64,000 bases of DNA from Lama glama. Taxonomy: Eukaryota. How positions within the stretch are numbered: the first letter of the stretch is position 1; every line of letters begins with the position of its first letter. The notes under the pieces are model-generated. The model did not search any database and had not been told where the DNA came from. It saw only the letters and a program-made list of their open reading frames with translations. The DNA is taken from positions 60,080,001 through 60,144,000 of the forward strand of contig CM052816.1 of the NCBI GenBank assembly GCA_028534125.1. Direction: 5' to 3'. This document shows positions 37,365-50,859 of this stretch, in pieces. A program made the position numbers and the translations under genes.

Positions 37365-40300
37365 ATGCCATTTTGCTGTATGCTATTGGAGGAACCTCTG
37401 AGTCACCACTTAAACCTGGGCTATAAAAGACTGTCACTCTTGTTGTCTTCATAACAATTGTTCTAAAAGTGGGTCTCACGGATGATGACCTGCTTGCACG
37501 GACCTTAGAGGGAAGTACAATATTACAGAATGTGGGTTAAGGAAAGGGTTTTGTTGAGGACAGTGGAGGCTTGCACAGCTATGTTTAGCAAGAGTCAAGG
37601 AGGTGGGGTCACCCATTGTCCCTGTAGAGAGGGGGCCAGGGCACCCTGCTAGAGAAACAGTGCAGCTATGTTCCAGTAGAGGACCCTTTCTCTACAGCTT
37701 TGTTAAGGACACATTGGAAAAGGTGGCTTTGCTATAGGAAGTGTAGGCAGACTCCTGCTGCTAAGTGGGCTGGCTTTAGATGCCAGCTGTTTACTGGAAC
37801 TGTCCAGGAAAGCCAGACACCCAGCATCCAGAGATCTTGAGCCCCATGTGAGATTGCAGGCCTCCCTGCCAAGGAGAAAAGCCACCCTTCAAGCGATAAG
37901 CTAAGCCTGGACACAGCACTTCCCCACCGCAGGAGGAAACCCCCAGGGCCAACTGAATCATCAAGGCAACCCAAAGTCAGCACCTCAAGTGGTTCGCAGA
38001 TATCTGTTCCTTGCCTCACAATATGACCCATGGAAGTTTGCAAAAGACTGGGATAAAACCACATTGACCCCAATTCTCTGCTTCCCTTTGGCTTTATTAG
38101 AATGATCCTGTTCTAGCTAATATCCAAGAAAGTATTCTGTGAAAAGAGGGCATCATCTGCCAGGTTCTTTCTTTTCTTAGAACTAAGCATACATACTTCT
38201 CTACCAAGCAATAATAAATCCTTTGCCTGCTTCATTTTGTAATTTATCACACTAGGATCAACGCTAGGAAAAAATAACAAACTATGCTGTAGGTCACATG
38301 TGTTATCAGAGTTCCTCACAAGCACACTGTTGTCTCCCTCCCTGAGTACAAGGTCTTTTGCTGCCCACTTGGGCCTCAGCCTCCGGGCACTAACCTCCCG
38401 ACCTGACCCTCTTTCACCAACAAGACACCTGCTTCATGCCACACTCTTACAGTAAATGGCAAGTTCATATACAGATAAATGAGCCCTACTAAATTGTTTC
38501 ACTTTCTAGTGCGCCATGAAATGAGTGGTAATGAAAATTCTGAGCACTCAGAGAGGATATGCGTCATCAGGGAAGGCTTCTGAGTTCCTTACTTCCTCTC
38601 TGTGGCCCTCTTGCACTTGGATTCAGCTTGGCCTGCTGCCACAGAGGAGGCTGGACCGTAACAGCTGATAAGCCCACATCTAACACACTTCAAGTTCTTT
38701 GGTTAAGTTTGAATGAGATTTTTGTCCTGATCTGGATCTTACAGCTCCTTCAATTTACATTTTACCATTATTGGATGTGTCACTGTTGCAGACCACTTCA
38801 TTCCCTTTATGGGATAAGGCTGTGTATACATAAACTAGTAATAAATGCACTTTGGGTATTGTTCCCTAGTAGTGTTGGTGTATGTGACTCTCAAAAATGA
38901 AGCCACAGTCTCAAGTTCTTGTTCATGAACTATTAAATACTTGGTTGGCTATTAATAATGCCAAAACAGTATACTAAACTTGGAACCCAAAAATCTCAGT
39001 TTGATTCCTGACCCTGCATTTGCTTATTTTCCCTAGATTTCCCTTTCTCCTGTTGTTTCTCCATACTGAGGAGGGGTGAGGCATCATAAAAAAAGAAATG
39101 CAAAAGGCATATTCCACAGGAAATCAACAAAGACTACATTCTTGGCAACCCTCTTCTGTCAGGGACAAACTCTTAAGAAAAAAGGAAATACCATATTGAA
39201 ATAATTTATTAACTGATTAAATGCCAAGACATGACTCAGGTCTCATTAATAAGCCAATTACTAGCCACCCCTCCAAATCTCCTTTATGAGATCTTTCAGT
39301 ATTCCTTAAACTAAGTTTCCTACGGTCTAAAACAGATTACTTGACCTTGAGCCCAAATTAACAAAGTTCTCCCAGGTACCCTCCAGCCCTCCGGGTGAGG
39401 GCTGGGTGAGAAACGACACAGGAAATTCAGTGTGTATTGCACACCGCGTGCCGAGGAACGTCTGCAGCCCTGGAGAATCAAGCAGGTACCTGTCTGTGTT
39501 TCCTGTGGTCTCAGGAGCTGGGAACCAGACCAAGTCACACCATGTTTCAACTGCAGCAAATCATTAGCAAAACAGGCAAATGGTAACAGTGCAATTGCAA
39601 CAACACGCAGGTGGCACTTTCCCGACACCAAAGATGTTATCCTGAAAACACAACTAACGGGCTAGAGCGTAAACAGCACACCTTTCTCATAAACAAAGAA
39701 GTCTTGCAGCCGTCAGGGGATCCAATCCCGAGTCTTCAGATGCACTTCTCTACAGTGGGCCTCAGAGGTCCCTCCATAATATGTATGAGTGAATAAATGA
39801 CCAAAGAAACAATGAAATGAGCGGCACTCCTGTCAACGTTTCAGAACCACTAGAGGATACATTAAAAACTTCAACATAAACCCCAGGACATTTGCTTCCA
39901 TCCAAATGCCTCTTACTTGCTCTTATTTCTATATTAATCAGCCTCCAGCTGGTTCAAGATTTGTTATCATAGAATGAGATTCTTCCCCTTTTTTAATATC
40001 AAATTAGAGATTCAATTCCTTTGTGATGCAGCTCTTTAAAATCTATAATGATTTTTCTTCTCAAGTATTATGTCACATTCAATTTTGATAGCCATATGAC
40101 AGAGGGGATCTTTTCTCATTTTTAAGAAATCATCAAAATATCAGAATATTTTAAGTACAATTGTGTGATGAATTGTCCTAAATAAATCTCTTAGATTCTT
40201 GATATACAATTGGACTTAACATCAAAATCGAATATTCCATGTGTATAAAAGTACTGTATGTGCCAGAAATAGCCTAGCTACTCCAACCTAAGTGACAGCA

Positions 40301-41074
40301 GAGGGCCGAAGCCCACCTCCCCCACTGCACTTCCTCCACGCAGACCATCACCACCCCCACATACAGTATTTCCCTCCACACAACTTTCCAGATGGATACA
40401 GAGGCACCTCTGCAAAATGTAGGCTAAAAACTACTAACCTAAATACAGTTCAATTATAAAGTCTAATAATAGATATATAGTTATTTTAGATACTTCAAAA
40501 CAATAAAAAGATTTATATATACACATAAATGTGTATTTTATATTTAGATAGTGCTATAGGCTCAAGTCTGCCAGCATTTCAGCGCCTAGTAAGTACCACC
40601 ATCTTATATATTCTCATTAACATTTTTTTCCTAAGAAGAAAAGTTGATTTCTATATCATGAATTATATTTCCAGCTGGGTCAATGCCTCTCTAGTATGAA
40701 TTATCTTGGAGATATCACAGCTACAGTTTTCATAATCAACTTGTACTATTTTCCCCAGTTATGGCAAAAATCTAGCAGTTTTTCCAGGCCTCCTGCTTTG
40801 TAGATGGGGGAAAATGTTATAGTTATGCTGAGACAGAGGTGGATGAAAATTATATAAAAGAAGCAGGAAAAAAAGTGTGTGTGTGTATTACTGTGTAAAC
40901 ATATACATCCCTTGTCTGGTTGTACAGGAAGCAGGCTTTGGAACAGAGCAGGTCTCTTTCTTTCAAAGAAATCCACATCATTTTCCCAGGTTTTATCTAA
41001 ATACAAATGGCAAGACAATCTAGACCTTTTCCCTTTCACATCCTTGCATTTTTCTCCCATGAATAGTTTCTGGG

Positions 41075-41230
41075 CTCAACCCTGATCCTGCCACACAGTG
41101 GCTTTGTGACAACTGACAGGTTACTTAACTTCTTAGAGCCTCTCCTTGAGAATGGAGATACCAACATCATCTGATTCAGAGGGTTGCTACGGGGATGAAA
41201 TAAAGAGCATCAATGCAAAGTTCTGCGCGC
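41075..41230 (+). mobile_element. MIR fragment
   Basis: CCTGATCCTGCCAC...GCTTTGTGAC...CAGGTTACTTAACTTCTTAGAGCCTC...AATGGAGATA. Confidence 0.6.
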
Positions 41231-42024
41231 TTCTATTCACTTACATTAGATCACTTTCCACTCCTGCCTTTCTTTAAGAGTAAGATTATCTGTACCATTC
41301 TATCAAACCCCACCTTCAATGTACAAATTTGCAAAATATCAGCTTTTCGTCTCTCTGACCGTCAATAAGTAGATACCCTATGCACACACAGAATACACAT
41401 ACATGAAAACGTTCACTTTTAAAGACAATGGGACCAGCATCAAGGGAGTCACATAACAGACAACATGTTTTAAAGTAAGGAATTATTTTCCAAGTATTAC
41501 TTTACCAACTTTCCACACACCAAGTTCCCAAAGCAGTCAAGAACATCTGAGACTGAGCGGGCTTCACGTTTCCCCTAATGGGGCACTAATTGTTTTCAAA
41601 TAAATGCCCTCAGTGTGCAAGCTCTCTGGGTAGAATGAAAGTGGATTAAGGAATGGTAAACAAAACCCATCATTCTAGTGTCTACAATGTCACACTTCAG
41701 GAGATTGCAGGGAAGATCTGGTAGGGATTAAATATTTTTAGTATCCAATAAAAATATTTATTATTTGAATTACAAGAGTATCAATTGTGCAACACCTCCC
41801 TTAAAAAACAAACAACACAACACAATTCTCTCATTGCTCCCCATAACTTTTACTCTTCCTAAAATGATTACATCTTTAATACACACATACACACACAAAT
41901 AAGCATCACACAAGCACATTTCACTACTTTGATATAAAATATTTTCTATGTGAAAGGTTCTTTAATTTTGTATTTTCCTTCCGCACTTGCCATCTTTTTA
42001 GGACATTAAAATGAGGTGTTTTAA

Positions 42025-42043
42025 TAGTGCCACCTTGTGGTAA
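42025..42043 (-). promoter_or_regulatory. Candidate CTCF binding site
   Basis: The minus strand reads TTACCACAAGGTGGCACTA, close to the CTCF consensus TGGCCACCAGGGGGCGCTA, in non-repeat sequence. Confidence 0.5.
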
Positions 42044-43080
42044 TGAGCCATTTCAAATTCCCACCATCGCTTCTCTTCCCCCACATTTTCTTGCTTCTTG
42101 TTTTGTTTTTTCATTTGTATTCATTAACCATGCCCCAGCACTAGTGTTACTGAGGATGATAAAGATTACATCAAAACAAAGTAGGCCATTTTAAAAACTA
42201 ACAAAAAAGCAATAATGTGAGAACAGTAGAACCTGTACACTTAAGAATCGCCACTCTTCATGGGAAGGAGTGCAACTAACAACCAACCCAAGATTTACTA
42301 AGAATAATTTCACAGGGTGTTTTAAAGGAAAATCTAATCTGACTTAAAGCATTTGGGCTGGAGTTTTCCTTTTATATCTGCCACATTTTTTGCCTGCTGC
42401 CAGTCTGAGAGCCAGGCAGCTCAGAACAGTAAGCAAATGCTTCCCAGCTACAAACAATGGAATATTAAAGCCATTGATATTCTTCTCACAGAGGCAGGAA
42501 CCACAGCCAGGTGCTAAAGGAATTGGTTGTTTATGAAGAAATAATCAAATAATCCTTCCTTTCTTTTTTCTTCCTCCTTTCTGCTTCCTCTCCCATAACT
42601 ACAAGCATCCCTTCCCCAGGAGCCAGAGTGCTACTTGGGGAACTAATAAAAATGTAGCTTTTTTTCCCCCCTAAATCACTTCAGCTCCAAGGATTTAGAC
42701 ATTCATTAGGAGCTTATGACCAGTAGCAGGTCTGGCTGGTTGATCATCAAAATAAGTAATGCATACACTCTTTTGAGAATAAGATCATTAAATCCATTGA
42801 AAACATCATCCAGCCTTTAAAAGTCCTTGACTCTTTCAATTTTGAAAAAGACCACTATGTGGATTCACACGGTGAAAAATGAGAGGAAAAGAATGAAGAC
42901 TTGAAAATGATGGCCGGAGAATGAGTCTAACCAAGAGCACCCAGACCACTAAAAGACCTTCCCTAAGCAGAGAGGCCCAAGGGTAAGGTGACCTCCTGAT
43001 TTAAAGGTCAAACTCAGATACCCATATGTACACACAAGCATACACAGGCACACGTATCAATGCACATGGACTGGAACAAT

Positions 43081-43168
43081 CATCCAGATCACTGGCATAA
43101 GCGTAGGGTTTAACCCAAGCTTCTTGCACTGACCTTATATGGAAAGACATTTATCTAATGGGGCTTCA
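43081..43168 (+). repeat. Local dispersed duplication, copy A (copy B 44430-44520)
   Basis: Shares AGGGTTT, CCCAAGCT(T/C)CTTGCACTGACCTT and GGAAAGACAT with copy B; about 78% identity by eye. Confidence 0.85.
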
Positions 43169-43824
43169 GACATGGGACTCAAAAGTCAAGTTAGCAAGTT
43201 CTGTGGAAGACGAAACTGAGAGAAGACAATCTTTGGCTACTGGAGATTTTGATTAACAGGAACAAAAGCTTAGCATCAGAAGATGACAAATGAAGGGCAG
43301 GATGAAAGAGTCGGGGGGAATTATATACTTGATGGTAAGGAGGAAGGGATGACTGGAGCAGCCAAAGGGCTGTGTGTGGGCCGCAGAAATCACCAAAGCC
43401 CAACGGATCATCCTGTGAGCGTAGAGTCCTGGAGACCTGCCAAAATCAGACATGCATCCTAGCTGACCTTTCCAAGTCTGCGAGACTTCCAACCAGACTG
43501 AAGACTGTGACCAAGGAGTGAATTCTTTTTCCTTCCTGGTGACCTTCCATGACTTTCCAGTAAGTTCTCCTGTGGTACAATTGTTCCTTTATCTGCACAG
43601 GAAGGGAATTTGTGATACCTTCTGGAAACTGGAGTGTTATGAGTGCCAGGCATACTTTTCCGGCTGCTGGCTCAGAGTCTGATCATACATAGACCTGGAA
43701 GGAAGCCCAATCAGGTGTGGGCTGTGATGCAACAGCCCAGCTCACCACCAGGCTGGGGGGTGGCTTTAACTCCCCAGGACCCAGCAGCCTTTTGGTGGCC
43801 ATCCAGCAGAAATCACCATGACTC

Positions 43825-44038
43825 CAATGGTATAATACAGGGAACAAATCAGGCCTACCCATTGGTGTTTACAAATAAAGCTTTATAGTAACACAGCCAT
43901 GCTCATTTATGTGAGCATCCTCTGTGGCTGCTTTCACTTAAAAATGGCAGAGTTGTGTAGCAATGACAGCAACCATTAGCTTGCAAAGCCCAAGTTATTT
44001 ACTATCTGTCCTTTACAGAAAAAGTTTGCCAGCCTCTG
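43825..44038. mobile_element. MER58A-like hAT-Charlie MITE
   Basis: AAATAAAGCTTTATAGTAACACAGCCATGCTCATTT...GGCAGAGTTGTGTAG...TATTTACTATCTGTCCTTTACAGAAAAAGTTTGCCAGCCTCTG. Confidence 0.8.
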
Positions 44039-44059
44039 GTTTAAAAGAAGGATCATGAA

Positions 44060-44230
44060 GAGAAGGCAGTGTGGTATACCAGAAGGACCACGTGAAGGGG
44101 TCTCCCAAGGCCTGGGTTCTAGTCCTAACTTTGTTAGAAATCATCTGGGTCTCCATCTCTGAGTGACCCTGAATGCCTCTGCTAGCTGCAAAAGATACAA
44201 AAATTCTGTGATTTAAACATTTGGTAATGC
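44060..44230 (+). mobile_element. MIR fragment
   Basis: GGCAGTGTGGTATAC...CCTGGGTTCTAGTCCTAACTTTG. Confidence 0.45.
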
Positions 44231-44429
44231 ACAGGGTTTCAGATGCCAATTTTACTGCCCAATACGTTCCATTTTCAAAAAATGTCATTTTTCTATGTGT
44301 AACCAAAGTATTATGATATTTAAAATCATTAAATTGGAATCCATACCTTGTGCTTAGAAAAGAAACAAACATAAGTGACTGCACACGATGCATGTGCACA
44401 CGCACACACACACACACATCAGAGCAAGC

Positions 44430-44520
44430 CATCTAGCCCATTGGTATAAGCACAGGGTTTCACACCCAAGCTCCTTGCACTGACCTTTTGTAGGAAAGAC
44501 ATGTGTCTTCTAGGGCCTCA
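44430..44520 (+). repeat. Local dispersed duplication, copy B (copy A 43081-43168)
   Basis: See copy A. Both copies follow a CA-rich tract. Confidence 0.85.
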
Positions 44521-44865
44521 CCACTTGCTCAGTAAAAGCTTCTGAGTCTAGGGCCTCATCATTTGTAAAGTTATGATGAAAACATGCCCTATACAGTTAC
44601 CACGTACGACACAGCTGCAGAATTAGGGAGAAGTGCTTTTATGAAACTGAGGAATTGTCTGAGTCTGTCTCTTGACTGAAGGAGTAAGAATGCCTAATTC
44701 ACAAAACATTTCACACTTTATAGCACATTAATATACAATATAGTGAATGCTATCCTGTTTACCTGTAATCTATCTTTATTTAGTGGTTACTTGCAAATAG
44801 TTTCTAAACATTTCCCAATCTGAGAAAAATACAACATAGTGAAGCTAGTTTTAAATGAGGGCTTC

Positions 44866-45385
44866 TGTCTTAGTCTAGGTTCTCCCCCAAAGCAGAGCCT
44901 GTGACAAGATCATTTATTTTGGGAAGTAATTCCAAGGAACAGAAGTAGAGGACCAGGCAGATTTAGATGCAGAAGAAGGGGCAGCGAATCCAAGGACCTT
45001 CACTGCACTGAACTAGTCACTGGGATGGGCGACTGCAGCTCTGTCTCCCTGGGTCGCTTTGACTTGCCTGGGAGAATGAGACCCAGCTGTCTTCCTGAAT
45101 AGTATGGAGTGGAGAGGTATTTATTGATCTCCCTCCCATCTCCCATCATCGCCTGGGGGGGATTGAGCTCACTCCTACTTCTGCTGTGCCTGGGGCAGAA
45201 ATGGCTCCCCTGGCCTCTGCAAGCCAACAGCCTCAGAGAAGGCCCAGGTCAGAAAGCAAGAGTTAGGTGGTGCAGCTGAGGCAAGGACCTGACGGGTCAC
45301 AACTGCACAGAGTTGTCACAGCAATGGTTGGAGTCAACAGCTAGGTGAATAGGATATAAAGAAGGGTCCAAGAAGTGACCCACAC
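44866..45385 (-). mobile_element. LTR16-like (ERVL) solo LTR
   Basis: TGTCTTAGTCTAGGTTCTCCCCCAAAGCAGAGCCTG...TTTATTTTGGGAAGTAATTCCAAGGAA...CAGCCTCAGAGAAGGCCC is the remembered reverse-strand LTR16 pattern. Confidence 0.7.
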
Positions 45386-45444
45386 AATGGGTAATTCTTA
45401 AATGTTACTACCCCAATCTCCCAACAATTAGGTCGGTGTGATGA

Positions 45445-46040
45445 CAGTATTCCTTCACCCAACATCGGATGAGCACCTGCCTCATGCTAGAACCCTGGAA
45501 GAAAGAAGTGAAGATACTGACCTTGTGTTCAAGGACAATTCCACGTTAAAGAAGAACACAACTCTAAGTAAAACATTTTAATGCATTCAGATCAACACTA
45601 CCGGTTAATATTTGAACACAGACAGATTTTCCTACTCTGTTGGATGAGTAGCAATGAATGGAGGTCAACATAAAGGAAGTCTTCAGAAGGAGGGTCTATT
45701 CTTGAGAAGTTTCAAAGAACCAATAGGCATTTTCCAAGACGTAAAGCAGAACAGGAGAGTAAATCACCTATGTAGAGTCATGGAAGTTGAAGAAGTCAAA
45801 ATGTGTGCAGGAAAATACAAGGATTTCAGAAAGGCTGAACAAGAGATAACATGTGGGGAAATGCTCAGCCACGAAGAAAGAGCAAAGCCCAGACCATGAA
45901 ACCCTGGATCCCATCCTAAGCATCTTGAACTCCTTTCTACTGACAATAAAGGAAGATGGAAAGATTGTTTAAAAAGGGGGAGGAAGTTATTCAATTTGCT
46001 TTTAAGAAAGATAACTCCAATAACATCATGGAAGGGAGTT
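45445..46040 (-). mobile_element. L2 fragment
   Basis: ATTCCTTCACCCAACATC...TGAGCACCTGC, GGAAGTCTTCAGAAGGAGG, TTTGCTTTTAAGAAAGATAACTC. Confidence 0.55.
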
Positions 46041-46879
46041 CATATCATCTCAAAGGAATTTCAGAAGTAAATTAAAGTTTGTGTATCTTGATGATCCCAA
46101 GATTAAAATAATTCAGCTCTGTCAAACATTTCAATTCAAAGAATATACAATAACCTATTTTTCTGTAAATGTACAGAACATTATAGCTAAATTTAACATA
46201 AGACTAAATGAAACCATTGCAAGTCTTCATCAAAGCAGAGACTTTTGTGAGAGTGTAGGTCTGTTATTTATTATTTAGTTGTTCACAGCACTTGACAATG
46301 AAGGTCTAGAAATAACTTAAACCACTGGTCATTTCCCTAGCCCTTTACCTCCGTGAAGCAAAGTGATAATTCAGGAAGGCTACTGCCAGGACTCAGTCCA
46401 GAGTATAGATTTTTCCCACCCTGAGAGAAGAAAATCAGTCATTTAGGTTTTTCGTTTAGGTCAGGAACAATGGGCATCCAGTAAACAAAGTGGCCTTTTC
46501 CAACTCAAATCTGGCAAAACCGTAATTCTAAGGCTCCTTACTTGAATTTATGTGCCAAATACAAGAGGCGGAGTCATGTCAATGGAGAAAGAAGGCAAAG
46601 ATGTGAAACTAAACATGAAGGGACAGATACAGAGATAAAAGAAAGACTTCAAGGAGCAACAGACTTTCTGTGCCTAGTTTCCACATTGCCTAGAATGAGA
46701 AAGTACCCCCATTTTCCCCTTGCCAGAGCGTTCACAATAACCGATGTTGACGTCGAGTGTCTAGACATATGACCCATATCTAGAGAGGCAATCCAGAGCC
46801 CTGCAGCTTGTGTTCAAGCCCCTCCCCATCCTGGAGCCATGACTGCCATCTGTTTTGGGGCCATGGTCCACTTCCACAG

Positions 46880-47290
46880 CCTGGCGAGACCTGGGGACCC
46901 CTTTCCTATTTCTATTTTTTCTAAATAGCAATGAATTTAAACATATAAAATAAAATGATATTGACATATACTTACCAAGTTATTATAGAAAAAAATTTTG
47001 TGATATACTAATGCATGTGCTCTTTTATCAGTACACCACAGATCAAGAGCTAATGGTATCTCTGATAAACAGCATGATTTCTAGGACGTGATGAGCATGA
47101 ATGATATTTTGAAATATCTGCAACACTGTAAGATGATGTGAAAGTATCAGTAATTTCTACTGGTAACAAACGTGTATGTGCTACTAATACTGCTGTGGTT
47201 TACTGCCTATTAATAATTGAAGCATATGCTAAAGTTCAATCAGTGGTCAATGAAACTAAGATTTAATTCATGAATCCCTGGTTAAGCCTG
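46880..47290. mobile_element. hAT-Charlie DNA transposon relic
   Basis: GATGAGCATGAATGATATTTTGAAATATCTGCAACA, TACTAATACTGCTGTGGTTT, ATGCTAAAGTTCAATCAGTGGTCAATGAAA and CCCTGGTTAAG resemble Charlie-family ends. Confidence 0.55.
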
Positions 47291-48319
47291 CTAGCCACAC
47301 TTAGAAAGGTGTGGCCTCCATGTTTCAATTCACTTCCTGGAAAAAACAACTCCAATTTCAAAGAATTCTTCAGATCTCCATATAATGGAAGTTGTAACTT
47401 TAAAATCAATGGATTAAAAACATATATAATAACTAAAAGCTACCATGAATTTAGAGTTATTGAGAAATATTTGAATTTTATAACTGACAATCCCATCCAC
47501 ATATATTAGACCTAAAACAGCACCCAGATCGCCATATGTGCAAGACCTTGTATTTATATAGGCCACAAACAATACACCAAGCATATAAGAAATTGGAAAG
47601 CTGTTTTTAACACAACTGATATCTGTTTTAAAAAAGAATATAATCCCAAGTATAAACCATAGACCTTGGTTTCTTTGTGTGATCTTGAACAAACTACCTC
47701 AATTGTCTCATCTATAAAACGGCTATTAAAATTATGTTGACTTCATAATATTACTGTGACAACTGAAATGAGCTAAAGAAGTGCTTTTTTAAACAACGAG
47801 TTATAAACCATTTAGCAGGACATAAAATCCATTAGCATGAGACAATCCGCATTCTTTAAAGTTAACAGAATAAAATGGAAAATAGCAAAGTGTATCACAA
47901 ACAGTGAAAGTAAGAGTTGGCTTATGAAACATTTTTCCTACACATGTATATATATAATTTAATCCTGCTTTACAGTATTGCTTTTAACTGAGTCATATTT
48001 TTTAAAGAAATACTGAAATAAATCATGTGAAGTATATAGCAGAAGGCATGCTAGCAAGCTAGTTTTAGTGACAACAGTAAATCATTGGTGCCCCAAGGTC
48101 TAGTCACAGACTAGGGACCACTCCTCTAAAGAGGCTACTTAGAGACTTGGCTTGCTAGGAATGTGAGGGAGCAGCATTTTCACTGTATCTTCCAGAAGGA
48201 CAAGAATAAGCTTTATCATGGAGAGAGGAGAAAGTATAAATATGCCTCTAGAAAACAGGATAGAGTTTTATTTAGCTCACCTCAAGAGACAGCATGAATA
48301 CCATCTCTATTAATGACTG

Positions 48320-48520
48320 CTGGTCATTTGGCTTCACACAACTTATTTAATTTCTCTGGACCTCAGCTCCTTAAAAATGAGGATAACAATAGTAGCTATG
48401 TCATAGGTTTATCACAAGGATGACATTAGTTAAATGTGAAAAGTGCTCACTATGCCTGGCCCATTGCAAGTGCTCAAAAAACATTAACTGTTGGTATAGT
48501 TGCTATTGGTATTATTATTA
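48320..48520 (+). mobile_element. MIR
   Basis: TTTAATTTCTCTGGACCTCAG...AAAAATGAGGATAACAATAGTA...AAAGTGCT...TGCCTGGC...AAGTGCTCAA. Confidence 0.7.
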
Positions 48521-49338
48521 CTATACCGAGAATAGACAAAGCTACAAGTAGTGACCATTTTTCTACTTCCTCCCTTAGTTTCAAATGATTTTTATCTTTT
48601 ATTATTATTCCTCCAGCAAAACAAAAGACTTTTTTAAAGCCAAACAAAAGGCTGCAAACAGCTTTTTCTTTAGGAAATCCTTTATATATTACCATCGACA
48701 TTTTCTTCTTTTCTCTGAGATCTAAGTTACTTTTAATAATAATAAAGGGTTATATATTTTTTTCTGTCTTGTGTGGCTGGCAGAGGTTATGTATGTATAA
48801 ATGCTCATATCCTAAACATAGGCTAAAATTTCATCAGGAGATCTAAAGGTGCTAAGCCCAGCTTTCTGGATGTGCTATTTCTTGCTTCCATGTGGAAAAT
48901 ACCATATGGAATTGATGTCACCCATGCAAAGGGGAGTTGAGCTTTCTAATATTCACAGACATATTGGCCCCTGGATTAAATATGAGATTTAATACACCAG
49001 AGCCCAATCCCCTGACAGCGCCTGGTAACCACCAGACTGGAAATAGACTTTCTGGATGACTGCTGAGTTTCTAAATCACATTACCCTTTTGTCAAGCCAC
49101 AACGCAGGTAAACAGTGAAATAATTTAGAATCTCAACATCAGGGAAAAAGCATGCACTCCAGAGAGGAATTAGCCTCCCGAAGGCTGCATTTCTTCTTTG
49201 CCTTCCCCTTGCCCTACAAGTGTCTTGTAAAATTATAAGGCATCTACCATTCTTTGACTCATGGTCCTGTTCTGTTGGGGCCCGCCAGCCCAAAGTGATT
49301 TGGAATGCCACCACCTGACATTCCACCTGAATGGGTCT

Positions 49339-49364
49339 CATCCCATCCCATCCCATCCCATCCC
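49339..49364. repeat. (CCCAT)n pentanucleotide microsatellite
   Basis: CATCCCATCCCATCCCATCCCATCCC read directly. Confidence 0.9.
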
Positions 49365-49514
49365 TATGCTTGGTGTCTCCTTTAAGTCTTGAGAGGTAAA
49401 CACTTCTGACCCAAAGAAAATAAACTGCCCAGAGGGCCAGACAGAATCTCAGGAGAAGAAATAATAGCAACTAAAGTTGGAGCCAAAATAATTGGACCAT
49501 AGCAGAGAGGATTT

Positions 49515-49880
49515 TCCCCAACTTTTTAATATGAAATTTTTCTAAAATGAATGTTTATAGACTAATATAACCAGTATCTACATACCTACCACCAAGATGG
49601 AACAACTGTTTATATTTTGGCATTATCTATGTACATACGTATCCATCTGATCGTGTGTGCACACACCGTGCACAGAACCACTTGAAAGTAAGCAGTTGGT
49701 ATCAGGACACTGCACCCCTAAATGTTGCAGCATGTGTCTTCTCAGAATGAAGACACTCTCCTATATAACCTTAACAGAATGATCACACCTAAGCAAATTA
49801 AGAGCAATTAGTATCATCTAATATTAGTTCACATTCCAATCTCCCTCCTTAACCTAAGAATTAAGGCATTATGTTTGATC
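49515..49880 (-). mobile_element. L1MC4/5-like 3' UTR relic
   Basis: GAACCACTTGAAAGTAAG, CACCCCTAAAT...CAGCATGTGTCTTCT, CTCCTATATAACC...ATCACACCTAAG. Confidence 0.65.
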
Positions 49881-50089
49881 ACTATAGCTCTTTAGGCCCT
49901 TTTAATATAGAGCAGTCCTCCTATCTCTAATTTCAATGGCACTGGCTTTTGCATGCACCTGGGCCAGCTGTCTATAAAATGTGCACAGTGAGCTGTGACA
50001 GTGATCGGAAGGGGCAGGAGAGGAGAAAGGTGCACAGCACAGGGTAGCAGGGAGAAAAGAATTGGACTTTCCATCTCACTCAGAGTAGA

Positions 50090-50505
50090 GGGCTACAGCT
50101 TCCCAGCCCCACACATCCTGCCCTCCCTCCACTTCTCCACCCTCACATACCTCCACGCCGGCCTCCTTGCTGCTCCCCAACAAGCTAACAACACACCCAG
50201 CTCGACACGCTGGCCCTGACTCTTGCCTCTTCTCTGAATGCTTTTCTTCCACATATCCACTGGGTGCTCCCCCAACTCCAGGTTTTTGCTCATCTTATTT
50301 AAAACTGCAAACTATGCTCTCCACCCTTTTTTCCTTTACAGTGTATTTCACCGCCTAACTTTCTATGCATTTTGTTTCTTCTGCTGACTGCTTCTCTCAC
50401 CACCTGGAATATACACTCCTCCAGCATAGAGTCTTTGTGCGATGGTGCTCACTGCTGCACCCCCAGCTCCTGTATTATGCCAGGCTCTATTCAATCAACA
50501 AATCC
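50090..50505 (+). mobile_element. L2 fragment
   Basis: GGCCTCCTTGCTGCTCCCC, CTGGAATATACACTCC...GCTCACTGCTGCACCCCCAGC...TCAATCAAC. Confidence 0.55.
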
Positions 50506-50859
50506 AGACACAGGCAGAGCAGCAGGACATCAGAGGTGCCTTTCATAGCTGACACAACCTGGCTGTTCAGTCCCTGATGCCCCAGGCCAGAAGTGAAGCC
50601 ACTGTCCAGCACTGAGAATGGCTCTCAGAAGCCAGGTAAGGCCCTGGAGCTGCCCAGAGCCATTCCCAAGCCCTGTCATTTGCTTGGAGCTAGGGCTGAC
50701 CACTCGTTTCACTCCTGCTGTCCCACTGTCCCCTCATGAATCCCACAGCTGCCTGTGCGGGTCTTGGACAATTCACCTGGGCCTGACAACTCCTCAGTGT
50801 GTCTAGTCAGAGCATCCAAAACAAACTTGCCCTCCCCTTCCCCGACTGGACCACTTCAC

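Noticed and set aside
37399..37430. AP-1 site plus TATAAAA as a promoter
   Set aside because: Both motifs occur often by chance. There is no CpG enrichment or downstream exon evidence.
37661..37677. Exact 17-mer TGCAGCTATGTTCCAGT shared with 54660-54676
   Set aside because: The flanks do not align, and one 17-nt match in a 64-kb self-comparison is not improbable by chance.
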